From a virus (lineage: Duplodnaviria; Heunggongvirae; Uroviricota; Caudoviricetes), in IMG/VR virus record IMGVR_UViG_3300012667_000768: a DNA stretch of 64,000 nt; one strand, written 5' to 3'. The notes beneath the pieces were generated by a model. It was not told the origin of the DNA. It made no database searches and saw only the letters and a list, made by a program, of their open reading frames with translations. Below, piece after piece: positions 26,771 to 34,580 of the stretch. The stretch's first letter is position 1. Each line of letters opens with the position of its first letter. The translations under genes were made by a program, and so were the position numbers.

Positions 26771-27215
26771 GTTCTTTAATCTCCAAATAAAACTGATGAT
26801 ACTTGGCGATACGCTGAATATCCTTATCAGTTACGCCCTTTAGACGACGAATATCAGAGTTGTGACGAAGATCACACAGCTTGACTCGCATTGCATCTTC
26901 ATTCGCAAACACTTGACGCTTATATTCGTCATAGGTCTGACCACGCTGCTTCGTAAGCGAGTATATACCTGTAATTACTCTTTCACTAAAGCCAAGTTCT
27001 TTTAGCTGGTGATAAGTTACGTCTGTGTCTTCTACTAGGTCGTGACCTAGCGCAATGCACATCAGTTCTTCGTCGTCGCTTTTTAGATAGTGCATGACTT
27101 TAAGGCAGTGCATGATATAAGGCTTTCCAGCCTTATCCGTCTGCCCATCATGAGCATTGGTTGCTAGATGCAACATTTTGCTTAACATCATCAATTTCCT
27201 TTCTAATAGCTTCAT
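26748..27215 (-). CDS. HD-domain (p)ppGpp hydrolase-like protein (small alarmone hydrolase)
   Basis: AHDGQTDKAGKPYIMHCLKV...GHDLVEDT matches the RelA/SpoT-type HD hydrolase motifs; true start may be an internal Met. Confidence 0.6.
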   Translation of the reverse strand: MKLLERKLMMLSKMLHLATNAHDGQTDKAGKPYIMHCLKVMHYLKSDDEELMCIALGHDLVEDTDVTYHQLKELGFSERVITGIYSLTKQRGQTYDEYKRQVFANEDAMRVKLCDLRHNSDIRRLKGVTDKDIQRIAKYHQFYLEIKERVQNHYS

Positions 27216-27661
27216 GGAGCATCTGAAATACGTGCTTGTTAAAGCACTGGTTTAGGTGAAGCATAGCCTCTCCGAAAGTCAGTTCGGTTTTATCCCGCAT
27301 ATCCATTATACCATCTCCTCAACGATTCCTAGAATTTCTGCGAACACAAGTAGAAGACCAGCGGCAACGAAGTTGCCAGCGATAAGTGACCCACCAGCTA
27401 CAATGCGAAGAACGCTCTTAATTAGAGACACATAGAAGTGGCCCTTGCTAGTATCTTTAGGTTGAATGTCCATTAGTTAAACTCCTTGCTAAGATGCTGC
27501 ATTACACCTAACCAGAACTTCTTAAAGTCCGGATTCTTGGCACGACGATAGGCTTGGTAGGCATTATACCAACGATACTCTGGTGATTGAATAAACATTG
27601 TCTTTTCTCCTTATGGCCCATGATACAAAAAATGGGGCCTGTTGTCAAGCCCCATTTTCGA

Positions 27662-27934
27662 TTATGCTAAAGCTTCGATGCGTTCCAGCAGTGAAGTAAT
27701 ATCTTCTGGCGTTAGGAAACCTATTACGTCATCAGTGATTTCTGTAGTATAGCAGAGATCCCAGCTATAATCCTCATTCATCTTTATGACTCCAAGTTCA
27801 TAGAGATCCTCACTACCGCCGTAGCTTCCCTGGCCTTTAATTATAGAAGCACCATAGCCATTGCTAAAGAAGGCAAGTGCTTGAATACCTGGAAGAAACT
27901 TACGTGCCTCAAATTTTAGATCATCAAAAGTCAA
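27662..27934 (-). CDS. hypothetical protein
   Basis: 90-aa ORF. Confidence 0.5.
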   Translation of the reverse strand: MTFDDLKFEARKFLPGIQALAFFSNGYGASIIKGQGSYGGSEDLYELGVIKMNEDYSWDLCYTTEITDDVIGFLTPEDITSLLERIEALA

Positions 27935-28075
27935 TTATAATTCCTTTCACGTGTCACAAAAGGATCAAGCTTGTCGTAAAGCAAGTTCTTAAGCTGATCC
28001 CAGTCATCATTTTCATCTAGTGTGCAGCCTAGGTCTACTAGTAGATCAAACACTGCTAGTGCGAGGCGGTCAATA

Positions 28076-28333
28076 TCATCGGGACTCATAGAAATGCTCC
28101 GCTAAGTCTGAAAGAAAGGTATAACGCTGATGACCCTCTAGTCGAACACTAGAGTTATGTCCATTGAGATTGCACTCTGCATTAGACAGATAGCTTTTAT
28201 CCGCAAATGCGTCAAAGAGTTTCTTGGCTTCCTGTGGCGAAAGACTATCAAAATAAATATTAAGCATTGTTAATTCCCTAAAATAAAAAGTAGTGAAAAG
28301 ATGACTGTAACCATAGTGGCAATCGCAGCCCAA
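28076..28333 (-). CDS. hypothetical protein
   Basis: 85-aa ORF; true start possibly MLNIYFD. Confidence 0.4.
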   Translation of the reverse strand: MGCDCHYGYSHLFTTFYFRELTMLNIYFDSLSPQEAKKLFDAFADKSYLSNAECNLNGHNSSVRLEGHQRYTFLSDLAEHFYESR

Positions 28334-28342
28334 ACTTCTTCT

Positions 28343-28546
28343 TCAGCCACGATATTCAACCCCTATTTCTTGCGCCCACTGACGAGCTTCTGCTTCTGCT
28401 GATTCGCGAGTCTTATAGATACCCCAGCTGTCTTTATGAAACTCGCAAAATGGTCCATCGACACCTTCTTCATCTTCTTCACGCCAAATATGCACTGCGA
28501 AGAAGCCCTTTGTGCCTTCGAGTATAGTAATGAAATCCTTAGTCAT
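28343..28546 (-). CDS. hypothetical protein
   Basis: 67-aa ORF. Confidence 0.5.
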   Translation of the reverse strand: MTKDFITILEGTKGFFAVHIWREEDEEGVDGPFCEFHKDSWGIYKTRESAEAEARQWAQEIGVEYRG

Positions 28547-28737
28547 TTCCTGCCTCTCACAATAAATAGTTCTTTAGCTGGTACGAATGAGGTCTTACCT
28601 TCATACTCTACTTGAGCATACTGAACACCATTCTTTGACCCAGCTATTTTAATAAAGGTGACTGGAATATCGTAGTCTTTATTACGCCATACATACTTAC
28701 GAGGCCCATAAAGAAGATCAAATAAAATGTTAATCAT
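28543..28737 (-). CDS. hypothetical protein
   Basis: start re-assigned to MINILFD; overlaps the upstream stop. Confidence 0.45.
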   Translation of the reverse strand: MINILFDLLYGPRKYVWRNKDYDIPVTFIKIAGSKNGVQYAQVEYEGKTSFVPAKELFIVRGRK

Positions 28738-28885
28738 ATCCATTCTCCTCCAGGACTTGACACAACTTACAGAAGAAGTAACGCTTACACGCCTGGTCAA
28801 AGAAGGTCTTAGCCTCGTCATAATACTCAAACTGCATTTGAGCAATTGGACCACAACTATCTTCTCGCATTAGTACAATATACAT
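28730..28885 (-). CDS. small Cys-rich protein (51 aa)
   Basis: not in the track; Shine-Dalgarno GGTAAGGAGA; CGP...CKRYFFCKLC; follows promoter 28906-28934. Confidence 0.35.
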   Translation of the reverse strand: MYIVLMREDSCGPIAQMQFEYYDEAKTFFDQACKRYFFCKLCQVLEENGYD

Positions 28886-28905
28886 CTCTATCTCCTTACC
28901 CAATC

Positions 28906-28934
28906 ATAATACTTGAATGGACAGTGAAAGTCAA
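28906..28934 (-). promoter_or_regulatory. promoter TTGACT-N17-TATTAT
   Basis: upstream of 28730-28885. Confidence 0.5.
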
Positions 28935-28942
28935 GGCTTTAT

Positions 28943-29497
28943 TTAAACTGACTTTAAGAATGGTACTAGCCAATGCTTGTGTTTACCCCAAAAGCGTCTA
29001 GCCTTCAAGCCCTCTAGCTGAGCCATGTCTCTGCCTTCTGCTGATAGAAACCACTCTTTAGTATTGTAGGAACATCCAAACTGAACGTGACCATCATCAT
29101 AGACGGTGATTGGGTAATCTAGACCATCTAGTTGCACTGGTGGACGATTTATAATTCCTTTAGCCCACTCTACTTGCTGAATGTTTGCATCTTTAAGGTC
29201 AACATTAGAAAGCATACTGTCCTTAAAAGATGTGTGAATAAGCTGCGACTTAGCAAAGCTAGAGCAGAATACATATGCGTTTCTAATAGACGTTTGAATG
29301 AACGAACACTCAATAAACTGAGCACCACATAGGTAGCCCTGATCCATTAAAGCAGCATCAAAGTTGCATCTAGTAAAGATTGCACCTAGATACTCGGCTT
29401 TCTCTAGTGATGCCGACGTGAAGTCACAATCTGTGTACTCTGCGTGAGTGAAGTCAAAGCGATGAAGATCGCGACCATAGAATGATTCATTTTTCAT
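28943..29497 (-). CDS. pentapeptide-repeat protein
   Basis: tandem A(D/N)LxX-type pentapeptide repeats; start MKNESFYG lies 6 nt after a TATAAT box. Confidence 0.6.
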   Translation of the reverse strand: MKNESFYGRDLHRFDFTHAEYTDCDFTSASLEKAEYLGAIFTRCNFDAALMDQGYLCGAQFIECSFIQTSIRNAYVFCSSFAKSQLIHTSFKDSMLSNVDLKDANIQQVEWAKGIINRPPVQLDGLDYPITVYDDGHVQFGCSYNTKEWFLSAEGRDMAQLEGLKARRFWGKHKHWLVPFLKSV

Positions 29498-29503
29498 AAG
29501 CCC

Positions 29504-29532
29504 ATTATATATAAAAACTAACCTATTGTCAA
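29504..29532 (-). promoter_or_regulatory. promoter TTGACA-N17-TATAAT, leaderless (ATG 6 nt after -10)
   Basis: minus strand reads cTTGACAataggttagtttttataTATAATgggcttATG. Confidence 0.55.
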
Positions 29533-29564
29533 GCTTTAAAACAGGACTCCCTCGCAAATAAAAC

Positions 29565-29593
29565 TTGACAATGAGTTATTTTTATAGTATATA
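29565..29593 (+). promoter_or_regulatory. promoter TTGACA-N17-TATATA, leaderless (ATG 7 nt after -10)
   Basis: divergent from 29504-29532. Confidence 0.55.
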
Positions 29594-29600
29594 TTTACTC

Positions 29601-30065
29601 ATGGCAAACAATCTTATAAACAGCACCAAGTGGACTAAAGATGAGGAAGAGCGCCTCATGAATATCTATAGTCAGTATGACTCCCTCAAGGACGTCCCTT
29701 TTCACCTACTGAACTTTCCAGGACGCACAGAAAAAGCACTCAAAGCTAAACTCAATCGACTTATTACTAGTCACAATCTTACTTATTCTTGGACTAAGGA
29801 AGAGTCTAGAGAAGTCTTTCGCCAGTATCTACAAGGTGTCGCACTCAAAGACATTGAGACTGAAGCTTCCCTCAATGAACTCGAATCTGAACTCAAACGT
29901 CAGCGCGATAAAGCAGAGCAGATTGTTAGAGCTTACGCCGAAGAGCGTGGACTACAAGTCAACAAATATCTCTCACTAGAGACACTCAATCTCTTTCGCA
30001 ATAATTACAATACTACTAGTGACTTCACTAGAAAAGCACTACATAACAGGATTCAAAATGGCTAA
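29601..30065 (+). CDS. Myb/SANT-like DNA-binding protein
   Basis: WTKDEEERL and WTKEESREVF repeats; ATG 7 nt after the -10 box (leaderless); the track start is a TTG inside the -35. Confidence 0.5.
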   Translation: MANNLINSTKWTKDEEERLMNIYSQYDSLKDVPFHLLNFPGRTEKALKAKLNRLITSHNLTYSWTKEESREVFRQYLQGVALKDIETEASLNELESELKRQRDKAEQIVRAYAEERGLQVNKYLSLETLNLFRNNYNTTSDFTRKALHNRIQNG

Positions 30066-30381
30066 ACGCTGGACCAAAGAAGAAGATGCACTACTGCTCA
30101 AACTAAGACAAGAGGGTCTAAGCTCTAAAGAACTAGCATTCCATATCAAACGCTCCGCAGGAGCTATTCGTATGAGACTCTCAGCACTAGGAGCCGATCT
30201 AGTGTCTAAGCCTTGGTCCTCACAAGATAAGGCACTAGCTTGGCAACTTAAAGAAGCTGGACACTCTACTAAATACATTGCTAGAAAACTGCAACGCACA
30301 ACCGCTGCCATTACTTCCTTTCTTTCAAGAGATGAAGCTAATCATTACAGTAATAGCATACCTCTAGAAAATAGTTCTTGA
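30058..30381 (+). CDS. Myb/SANT-like DNA-binding protein
   Basis: WTKEEDALLLKLRQEG and WSSQDKALAWQLKEAG; start overlaps the upstream stop (ATGGCTAA). Confidence 0.5.
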   Translation: MAKRWTKEEDALLLKLRQEGLSSKELAFHIKRSAGAIRMRLSALGADLVSKPWSSQDKALAWQLKEAGHSTKYIARKLQRTTAAITSFLSRDEANHYSNSIPLENSS

Positions 30382-30406
30382 TTTTTTACAAAGCTTATGA
30401 TATAAT
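30378..30406 (+). promoter_or_regulatory. promoter TTGATT-N17-TATAAT into the 700-bp non-coding region
   Basis: follows the stop of 30058-30381. Confidence 0.4.
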
Positions 30407-30544
30407 CTACTATAAGCTAAAGCGAAGTAGGAAGATCGTTAGATATTCCGCAGCGCTGGGGCGTCGGTTCCCAAGACCGATACGACCCATGCGCTGCAAG
30501 AATTTATCTTAAACTAAAGCAAGCTTTAATCCAAATTACAACGT

Positions 30545-30843
30545 AGTTGTCAGATTAAGTAACCCAATGAAACGAAGTTTCAAGTCAGAGGACGAAGTCC
30601 TCTTGTTTGTTACATACTAAGATAACTGCGTGTTGTTGCCGAGAGTCGAATTGTATCTACCTCAAAAGTAAGAAAAATTGTTGGATTGGAACACAATTCA
30701 TCATGGTTTGTTGAGTTCCTGGTCAAACTTTACATAAATCGTACTAGTCGCGCCCCGCTCCTTCTAGCTCGTACCAGAGTTATGCGACGTAGTAATACTA
30801 GGAACGAAGTTCCTTAGCTCTAGTTAGACAACGTAGTTGTCTT
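30545..30843 (+). repeat. four short triloop hairpins, including the direct repeat ACAACGTAGTTGT
   Basis: ACAAC-GTA-GTTGT (30545), AGAGGAC-GAA-GTCCTCT (30590), AGGAAC-GAA-GTTCCT (30803), GACAAC-GTA-GTTGTC (30829). Confidence 0.45.
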
Positions 30844-31035
30844 TATTGCCTGCTGCTTAATTGCAGTGGGCTATTTTTGTGTCTAAATTTCACTTAATTA
30901 TATTAGATTGTTGTGGTGGCGATTGAATTTGCACTAGATGCGGCGAAGACCGCAAAGTTGTGCTCCGGTACCGCCACAAGCCAAAAAAATCGGCGCAATT
31001 TGCCTTTCGGTGCAGCAAAAACAACAAAAAACCCG

Positions 31036-31075
31036 CTCAGAGTTGCCTCCAAGCGGGTTTTTCTCTATTTATCTA
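31036..31075. terminator. bidirectional intrinsic terminator
   Basis: ACCCGCT..AGCGGGT with T-runs on both strands. Confidence 0.6.
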
Positions 31076-31087
31076 AGATTAACTCGA

Positions 31088-31339
31088 TTAATCCACGTTT
31101 TCGTCAGAAAAGATCTCAAATGCGACAAAAAGGTCACTTCCGAGCGTCGCTTCACCGATTACTAGCTCACTCTCGTCAGACTCGACGAAAACAATATCCC
31201 AAGAGCCAAGCAGACCATCTTCGTGGTAAGGCACCAGTTCGATAGACTCAACGTCATAGTCTAGAAAGACTTCGGGAATGGCTTTCACCATTTCTAGAAT
31301 TACTACTTCAATATCTTCACGAATAGAAATATTACGCAT
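31088..31339 (-). CDS. acidic hypothetical protein
   Basis: start re-assigned to MRNISIRE with Shine-Dalgarno AGAGGAGG; the track start lies upstream. Confidence 0.45.
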   Translation of the reverse strand: MRNISIREDIEVVILEMVKAIPEVFLDYDVESIELVPYHEDGLLGSWDIVFVESDESELVIGEATLGSDLFVAFEIFSDENVD

Positions 31340-31370
31340 AGAACCTCCTCTTTTTGCTTGTTGAATTGTT

Positions 31371-31399
31371 ACTATACTGCGAATGAGCTCCGAAGTCAA
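31371..31399 (-). promoter_or_regulatory. promoter TTGACT-N17-TATAGT
   Basis: upstream of 31088-31339. Confidence 0.5.
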
Positions 31400-31455
31400 C
31401 ACAAAATTTGGGGAGACTTTGGCACGAAGATGCCCAGGTTTGGTAAAATTTGTAC

Positions 31456-31491
31456 TTGACATTGAGTTGAAACTGTACTAAAATCGGCGCC
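31456..31491 (+). promoter_or_regulatory. class A module: TTGACA-N17-TAAAAT followed directly by CGGCGCC
   Basis: transcript would end at terminator 31505-31548 after about 60 nt. Confidence 0.55.
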
Positions 31492-31504
31492 TTTGGCTTG
31501 GGCG

Positions 31505-31548
31505 CAAAAAAGCCCGCTGCAGATGGGCTGCAGCAGGCTATTTTCGTA
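31505..31548. terminator. bidirectional intrinsic terminator
   Basis: GCCCGCTGCAG-atgg-GCTGCAGCAGGC with flanking A6 and T4. Confidence 0.6.
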
Positions 31549-31694
31549 CTAAGCCGATCCGTGTGGAGACTCTGTTACAAGGGACTAAGCGTCCGCGGGT
31601 GAATAACAGGTACTCGGCGGGAGCCGGTCGTGTACTGATTGCTTCCGGAAGGGGGTGTGGAAGTTATCTACTGCCTCGCCCCTTCCTTTATTGC

Positions 31695-32099
31695 TTATGC
31701 ACTCAACTTAGAGCGGATTGCAATAAGCGACTGCTTCGAAGCCTTTTCGAGGCCTTCGAGGTTCTTGCCAACGATCTGGGCAATGTCAGCAACAATTGCT
31801 TCCTTGCTTTCGATCTTGCCACCAGTCTTGGAAACCTTTTCCTTCGACTTGTAGATGCCCATACGGACAGCCTTAGCGCGGATAGAACGCACGTCCTTAC
31901 CGAACTTAGCGGCGAACTCGATAGCAGCGTCATTGTCGATAACGCCTGCAGCAAGCATTTCGGCTTCCTGTGCTTCCGAGTAGTTCTTTGTTACTTCCTT
32001 AGTCATATCAACGTTCCCTTCCGTGTCTTGATGATTAGTTATACCAATGTCAGAGGAAGAAGTCAAGAACAATTTTCTCAATGCTGAAATAATTTTCAT
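31695..32099 (-). CDS. paralogous small-protein family member
   Basis: EFAAKFGKDVRSIRAKAVRMGIY; start MKIISAL with Shine-Dalgarno GGAAGGGAGAAGGAA. Confidence 0.55.
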   Translation of the reverse strand: MKIISALRKLFLTSSSDIGITNHQDTEGNVDMTKEVTKNYSEAQEAEMLAAGVIDNDAAIEFAAKFGKDVRSIRAKAVRMGIYKSKEKVSKTGGKIESKEAIVADIAQIVGKNLEGLEKASKQSLIAIRSKLSA

Positions 32100-32123
32100 T
32101 TCCTTCTCCCTTCCGACCCATTC

Positions 32124-32152
32124 TTTATAGCGGAATGGGCAGGAGAGATCAA
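32124..32152 (-). promoter_or_regulatory. promoter TTGATC-N17-TATAAA
   Basis: proximal promoter for 31695-32099. Confidence 0.4.
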
Positions 32153-32195
32153 GTGCAATTTTTGCATGTGGCCGGAGCAGTTGCAAAAAAAGCAC

Positions 32196-32224
32196 TTGAC
32201 ACGGCGTTGATTTCTCACTATACT
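32196..32224 (+). promoter_or_regulatory. promoter TTGACA-N17-TATACT, followed by TTGGCGCA
   Basis: first of two tandem plus-strand promoters. Confidence 0.5.
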
Positions 32225-32287
32225 TTTGGCGCAACGCGCTTTAACCAAATGGGTTAAAAATTTTTTCAAATTTAACCAAAAAATCGC

Positions 32288-32316
32288 TTGACACGAGGTC
32301 GTTTTCGCACTATAAT
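32288..32316 (+). promoter_or_regulatory. promoter TTGACA-N17-TATAAT, followed by TGGCGCA
   Basis: upstream of the palindromes at 32373-32436. Confidence 0.55.
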
Positions 32317-32372
32317 TGGCGCACGTAAGTTTTGTACTTGTAACTTTTGCACTCTGGCGCGGTAGCGCTGAT

Positions 32373-32436
32373 ATGATATATCATAACGATATGATATATC
32401 ATATCATTGGCTTATGTGATGATATAACATATCATC
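32373..32436. repeat. three perfect palindromes: ATGATATATCAT twice, and GATGATAT-aac-ATATCATC
   Basis: 32373-32384 and 32391-32402 are identical 12-bp self-complementary sites; 32418-32436 is an 8-bp inverted repeat with a 3-nt spacer sharing the ATGATAT half-site. Confidence 0.7.
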
Positions 32437-32526
32437 CAAATCTGCCTCGGCCAGCCCTCCCTCCCACCCTTATAGGGTAGCAATAAAATTTTACCCTGTC
32501 AAGCGCAAATAAAAATAAATTTTCTC

Positions 32527-32562
32527 TTGACAAACGTGTAGAAACCTGCTAAAATCGGCGCC
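32527..32562 (+). promoter_or_regulatory. class A module: TTGACA-N17-TAAAAT-CGGCGCC
   Basis: GGCGCC-N11-GGCGCC lies between this -10 and the -10 of the facing promoter. Confidence 0.55.
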
Positions 32563-32588
32563 TCCCCGATTTCGGCGCCAGCAGCCCT

Positions 32589-32617
32589 ATTATAGCAGGG
32601 TTCGGCTGGCGTGTCAA
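32589..32617 (-). promoter_or_regulatory. facing promoter TTGACA-N17-TATAAT
   Basis: convergent with 32527-32562; the two -10 boxes are about 33 bp apart. Confidence 0.5.
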
Positions 32618-32640
32618 GCGAAAAAATCGCAAAAACAAAA

Positions 32641-32686
32641 AAAAAATCCGCCCAGTTTTACTTGGGCGGACTCTCGTTTTACTTTG
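32641..32686. terminator. bidirectional intrinsic terminator
   Basis: TCCGCCCA-gttttact-TGGGCGGA; T10 on the minus side. Confidence 0.65.
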
Positions 32687-32689
32687 CCT

Positions 32690-33415
32690 TTACTTAACCT
32701 TGAAATGGTCTCGGACAGCAAAAGCGCGGTAATTGTATGGTGGCGGCGACATATATTCTTTTGGTGAAGTATTCTTAACAAGAGCAGTAAGAATAGGAAC
32801 CTCATAAAATTTGGCATCTTCTAAAGCAGTGTGCGGCTCGTCTGCTAGTCCAATGCCTAGCAAGTATTTCGCCATAACGTCCGCATTAGTTTTAATTCCC
32901 ATGTGGCCCGTTTTATTTGTGCGATTTCCGAAAAAGTGATTCTCTAGTGCAAATTGCTTGAAAGCCTTAGTATTTCCCCATTTGGCAACACTAGCGTGCC
33001 ATAGGCAAAAAGAATCGGGAAACAATTCATTTGCGATAATGCCCGAATTGTCCATGACATTTGCGTCAAAAGCCAAGTTATAGGCGGTCAATGTCGGGTT
33101 ATACTTTGCCTTTACTTTAGACAAAAAACGATTGACAGCGCCAACGCTTGCCAGAACGCGCCTGCCATCCTGCAACATTTGTTCATAGGCAGCGTAACGC
33201 TTAGGCAATGAAGCGGCAGAAAAAATGTCGTTTTTATCGCCGTAAACGTGAAACAGCGGATGCGTTTCGCGGTCGCTGAAAAAATCGCCAATAAGGATTC
33301 CAGCCTCGTGGTGGATATTGCCCTTGCGGTCGGACACAACGATTCCAATGTCGGCAACCTTGCCATCTTGTGTTGTTTCAGTGTCAATCGTGACAAAGTA
33401 TTTCTTAGCAGCCAT
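32690..33415 (-). CDS. DEDDh 3'-5' exonuclease (DnaQ-like)
   Basis: Exo I FVTIDTETT, Exo II YNLAFDANV, Exo III HTALEDA; start MAAKKYF with Shine-Dalgarno AAGGAAAAA. Confidence 0.7.
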   Translation of the reverse strand: MAAKKYFVTIDTETTQDGKVADIGIVVSDRKGNIHHEAGILIGDFFSDRETHPLFHVYGDKNDIFSAASLPKRYAAYEQMLQDGRRVLASVGAVNRFLSKVKAKYNPTLTAYNLAFDANVMDNSGIIANELFPDSFCLWHASVAKWGNTKAFKQFALENHFFGNRTNKTGHMGIKTNADVMAKYLLGIGLADEPHTALEDAKFYEVPILTALVKNTSPKEYMSPPPYNYRAFAVRDHFKVK

Positions 33416-33532
33416 TTTCGGTTTTTCCTTTTTCCGTTTCCGATGATTCGTTCTACCAGATTGCACGATTGATGCAAGAAAAATCGACATAAAAAATGCG
33501 AAACCTGTGGATAACTTTTTTCATTTTTCTTC

Positions 33533-33591
33533 ATTTTCCCTATTGACAGCACCCGCCCGCGCATGGTATAATTAGAGTAGCGTTTAAAAAT
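33533..33591 (+). promoter_or_regulatory. class B module: TTGACA-N18-TATAAT, then GTAGCG..AAATTTTCGGCGCC
   Basis: antisense to the minus-strand genes at 33646-34322. Confidence 0.5.
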
Positions 33592-33645
33592 TTTCGGCGC
33601 CTTTGGCGTGTTACCTGAGTAACACACCTCCGGCCTATTCATCCG

Positions 33646-33805
33646 CTAAGGTGATTTCCAGCGGCTCGCCGCTATATAGTTTATTCAATAGCCGCATGAA
33701 TCCAAACAATTCATCGAATTGTGTTTCCGATAAATCGCAATGGCAGACTATTTCGTCTATTTCGCCATAAAGCAAATTTATTGTTTCTTTTGACATTTGC
33801 ATTGC
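33646..33805 (-). CDS. small hypothetical protein (about 53 aa)
   Basis: not in the track; Shine-Dalgarno AAGGGGAAT; follows 33814-34005. Confidence 0.3.
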
Positions 33806-33813
33806 GATTCCCC

Positions 33814-34005
33814 TTAAATGACAGTCATTTCTTGTATAGAAACAAGGTGTTGTTCCTGTAGTGACTCAAAATTTAATTCCTCTTTATCATCTTCGCTTGC
33901 GTCGACGATAAAGTCCAAAGTATTAAACCAGTCTATTGCATTTTGTCGTGAAGTAAAGATAATGTTATCTTGCCCATAATCCCATTCTAGCCAAAGTCTA
34001 AACAT
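33814..34005 (-). CDS. hypothetical protein
   Basis: 63-aa ORF. Confidence 0.45.
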   Translation of the reverse strand: MFRLWLEWDYGQDNIIFTSRQNAIDWFNTLDFIVDASEDDKEELNFESLQEQHLVSIQEMTVI

Positions 34006-34016
34006 AGTAATTCCCC

Positions 34017-34322
34017 TTAGTATTGTGGATAAACAATTAGAGCCAAAAGAATAGTATTTACGAAAAAACCGAATCCGTTGGATACCATATACAAAACATC
34101 TTTATTCTTGTAAGCGCGGACAAAGTAAAGCGCCAAGCCAGCCCAAACTAGCAGAACCATTGAAAGCGGCGGCAGCTTGTCGCTATAACCTAGCAGAACC
34201 GAAATTGTGGTTGGCAATGTTGCGGATTGCACAAGAATCATTCCAGCCCAGCCGGACAATTCAGCCAATGGCATTGCTTTAATTTTCTTAATCATTTTCT
34301 TGTTTCCTTGCTTCGTTTCCAT
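34017..34322 (-). CDS. membrane protein
   Basis: several hydrophobic helices; Shine-Dalgarno AAGGGGAC. Confidence 0.5.
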   Translation of the reverse strand: METKQGNKKMIKKIKAMPLAELSGWAGMILVQSATLPTTISVLLGYSDKLPPLSMVLLVWAGLALYFVRAYKNKDVLYMVSNGFGFFVNTILLALIVYPQY

Positions 34323-34413
34323 GTCCCCTTATCGGCTATTTTTTGCCCTATTGCAAGAAGTTTATTTATGGAAAAAACCGATTAATAAAATTTGTTTAAT
34401 CGAATTTTTTCGC

Positions 34414-34449
34414 TTGACAGGCTAAAATAAATCTGCTAAAATCGGCGCC
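34414..34449 (+). promoter_or_regulatory. class A module: TTGACA-N17-TAAAAT-CGGCGCC
   Basis: GGCGCC-N16-GGCGCC lies between the facing -10 boxes. Confidence 0.55.
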
Positions 34450-34480
34450 TCTGGCCTCAATTTTCGGCGCCCATCGCCCC

Positions 34481-34510
34481 ATTATAACATGGCGGCGTGG
34501 GCCTTGTCAA
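34481..34510 (-). promoter_or_regulatory. facing promoter TTGACA-N18-TATAAT
   Basis: likely promoter of the 34017-34322 operon. Confidence 0.5.
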
Positions 34511-34529
34511 TAGGAAAAATGCACAAAAA

Positions 34530-34572
34530 ACAAAAAAAAAGCGGGGAACAAGTCCCCGCTTCGTTTCTATCT
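34530..34572. terminator. bidirectional intrinsic terminator
   Basis: GCGGGGA-acaag-TCCCCGC; T9 on the minus side. Confidence 0.65.
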
Positions 34573-34580
34573 TAAAGCCT

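Noticed and set aside
33112-33642. 176-aa minus-strand ORF
   Set aside because: It overlaps the exonuclease gene in another frame, and its unique part is the antisense of a plus-strand promoter and hairpin. The exonuclease frame has the catalytic motifs and a Shine-Dalgarno.
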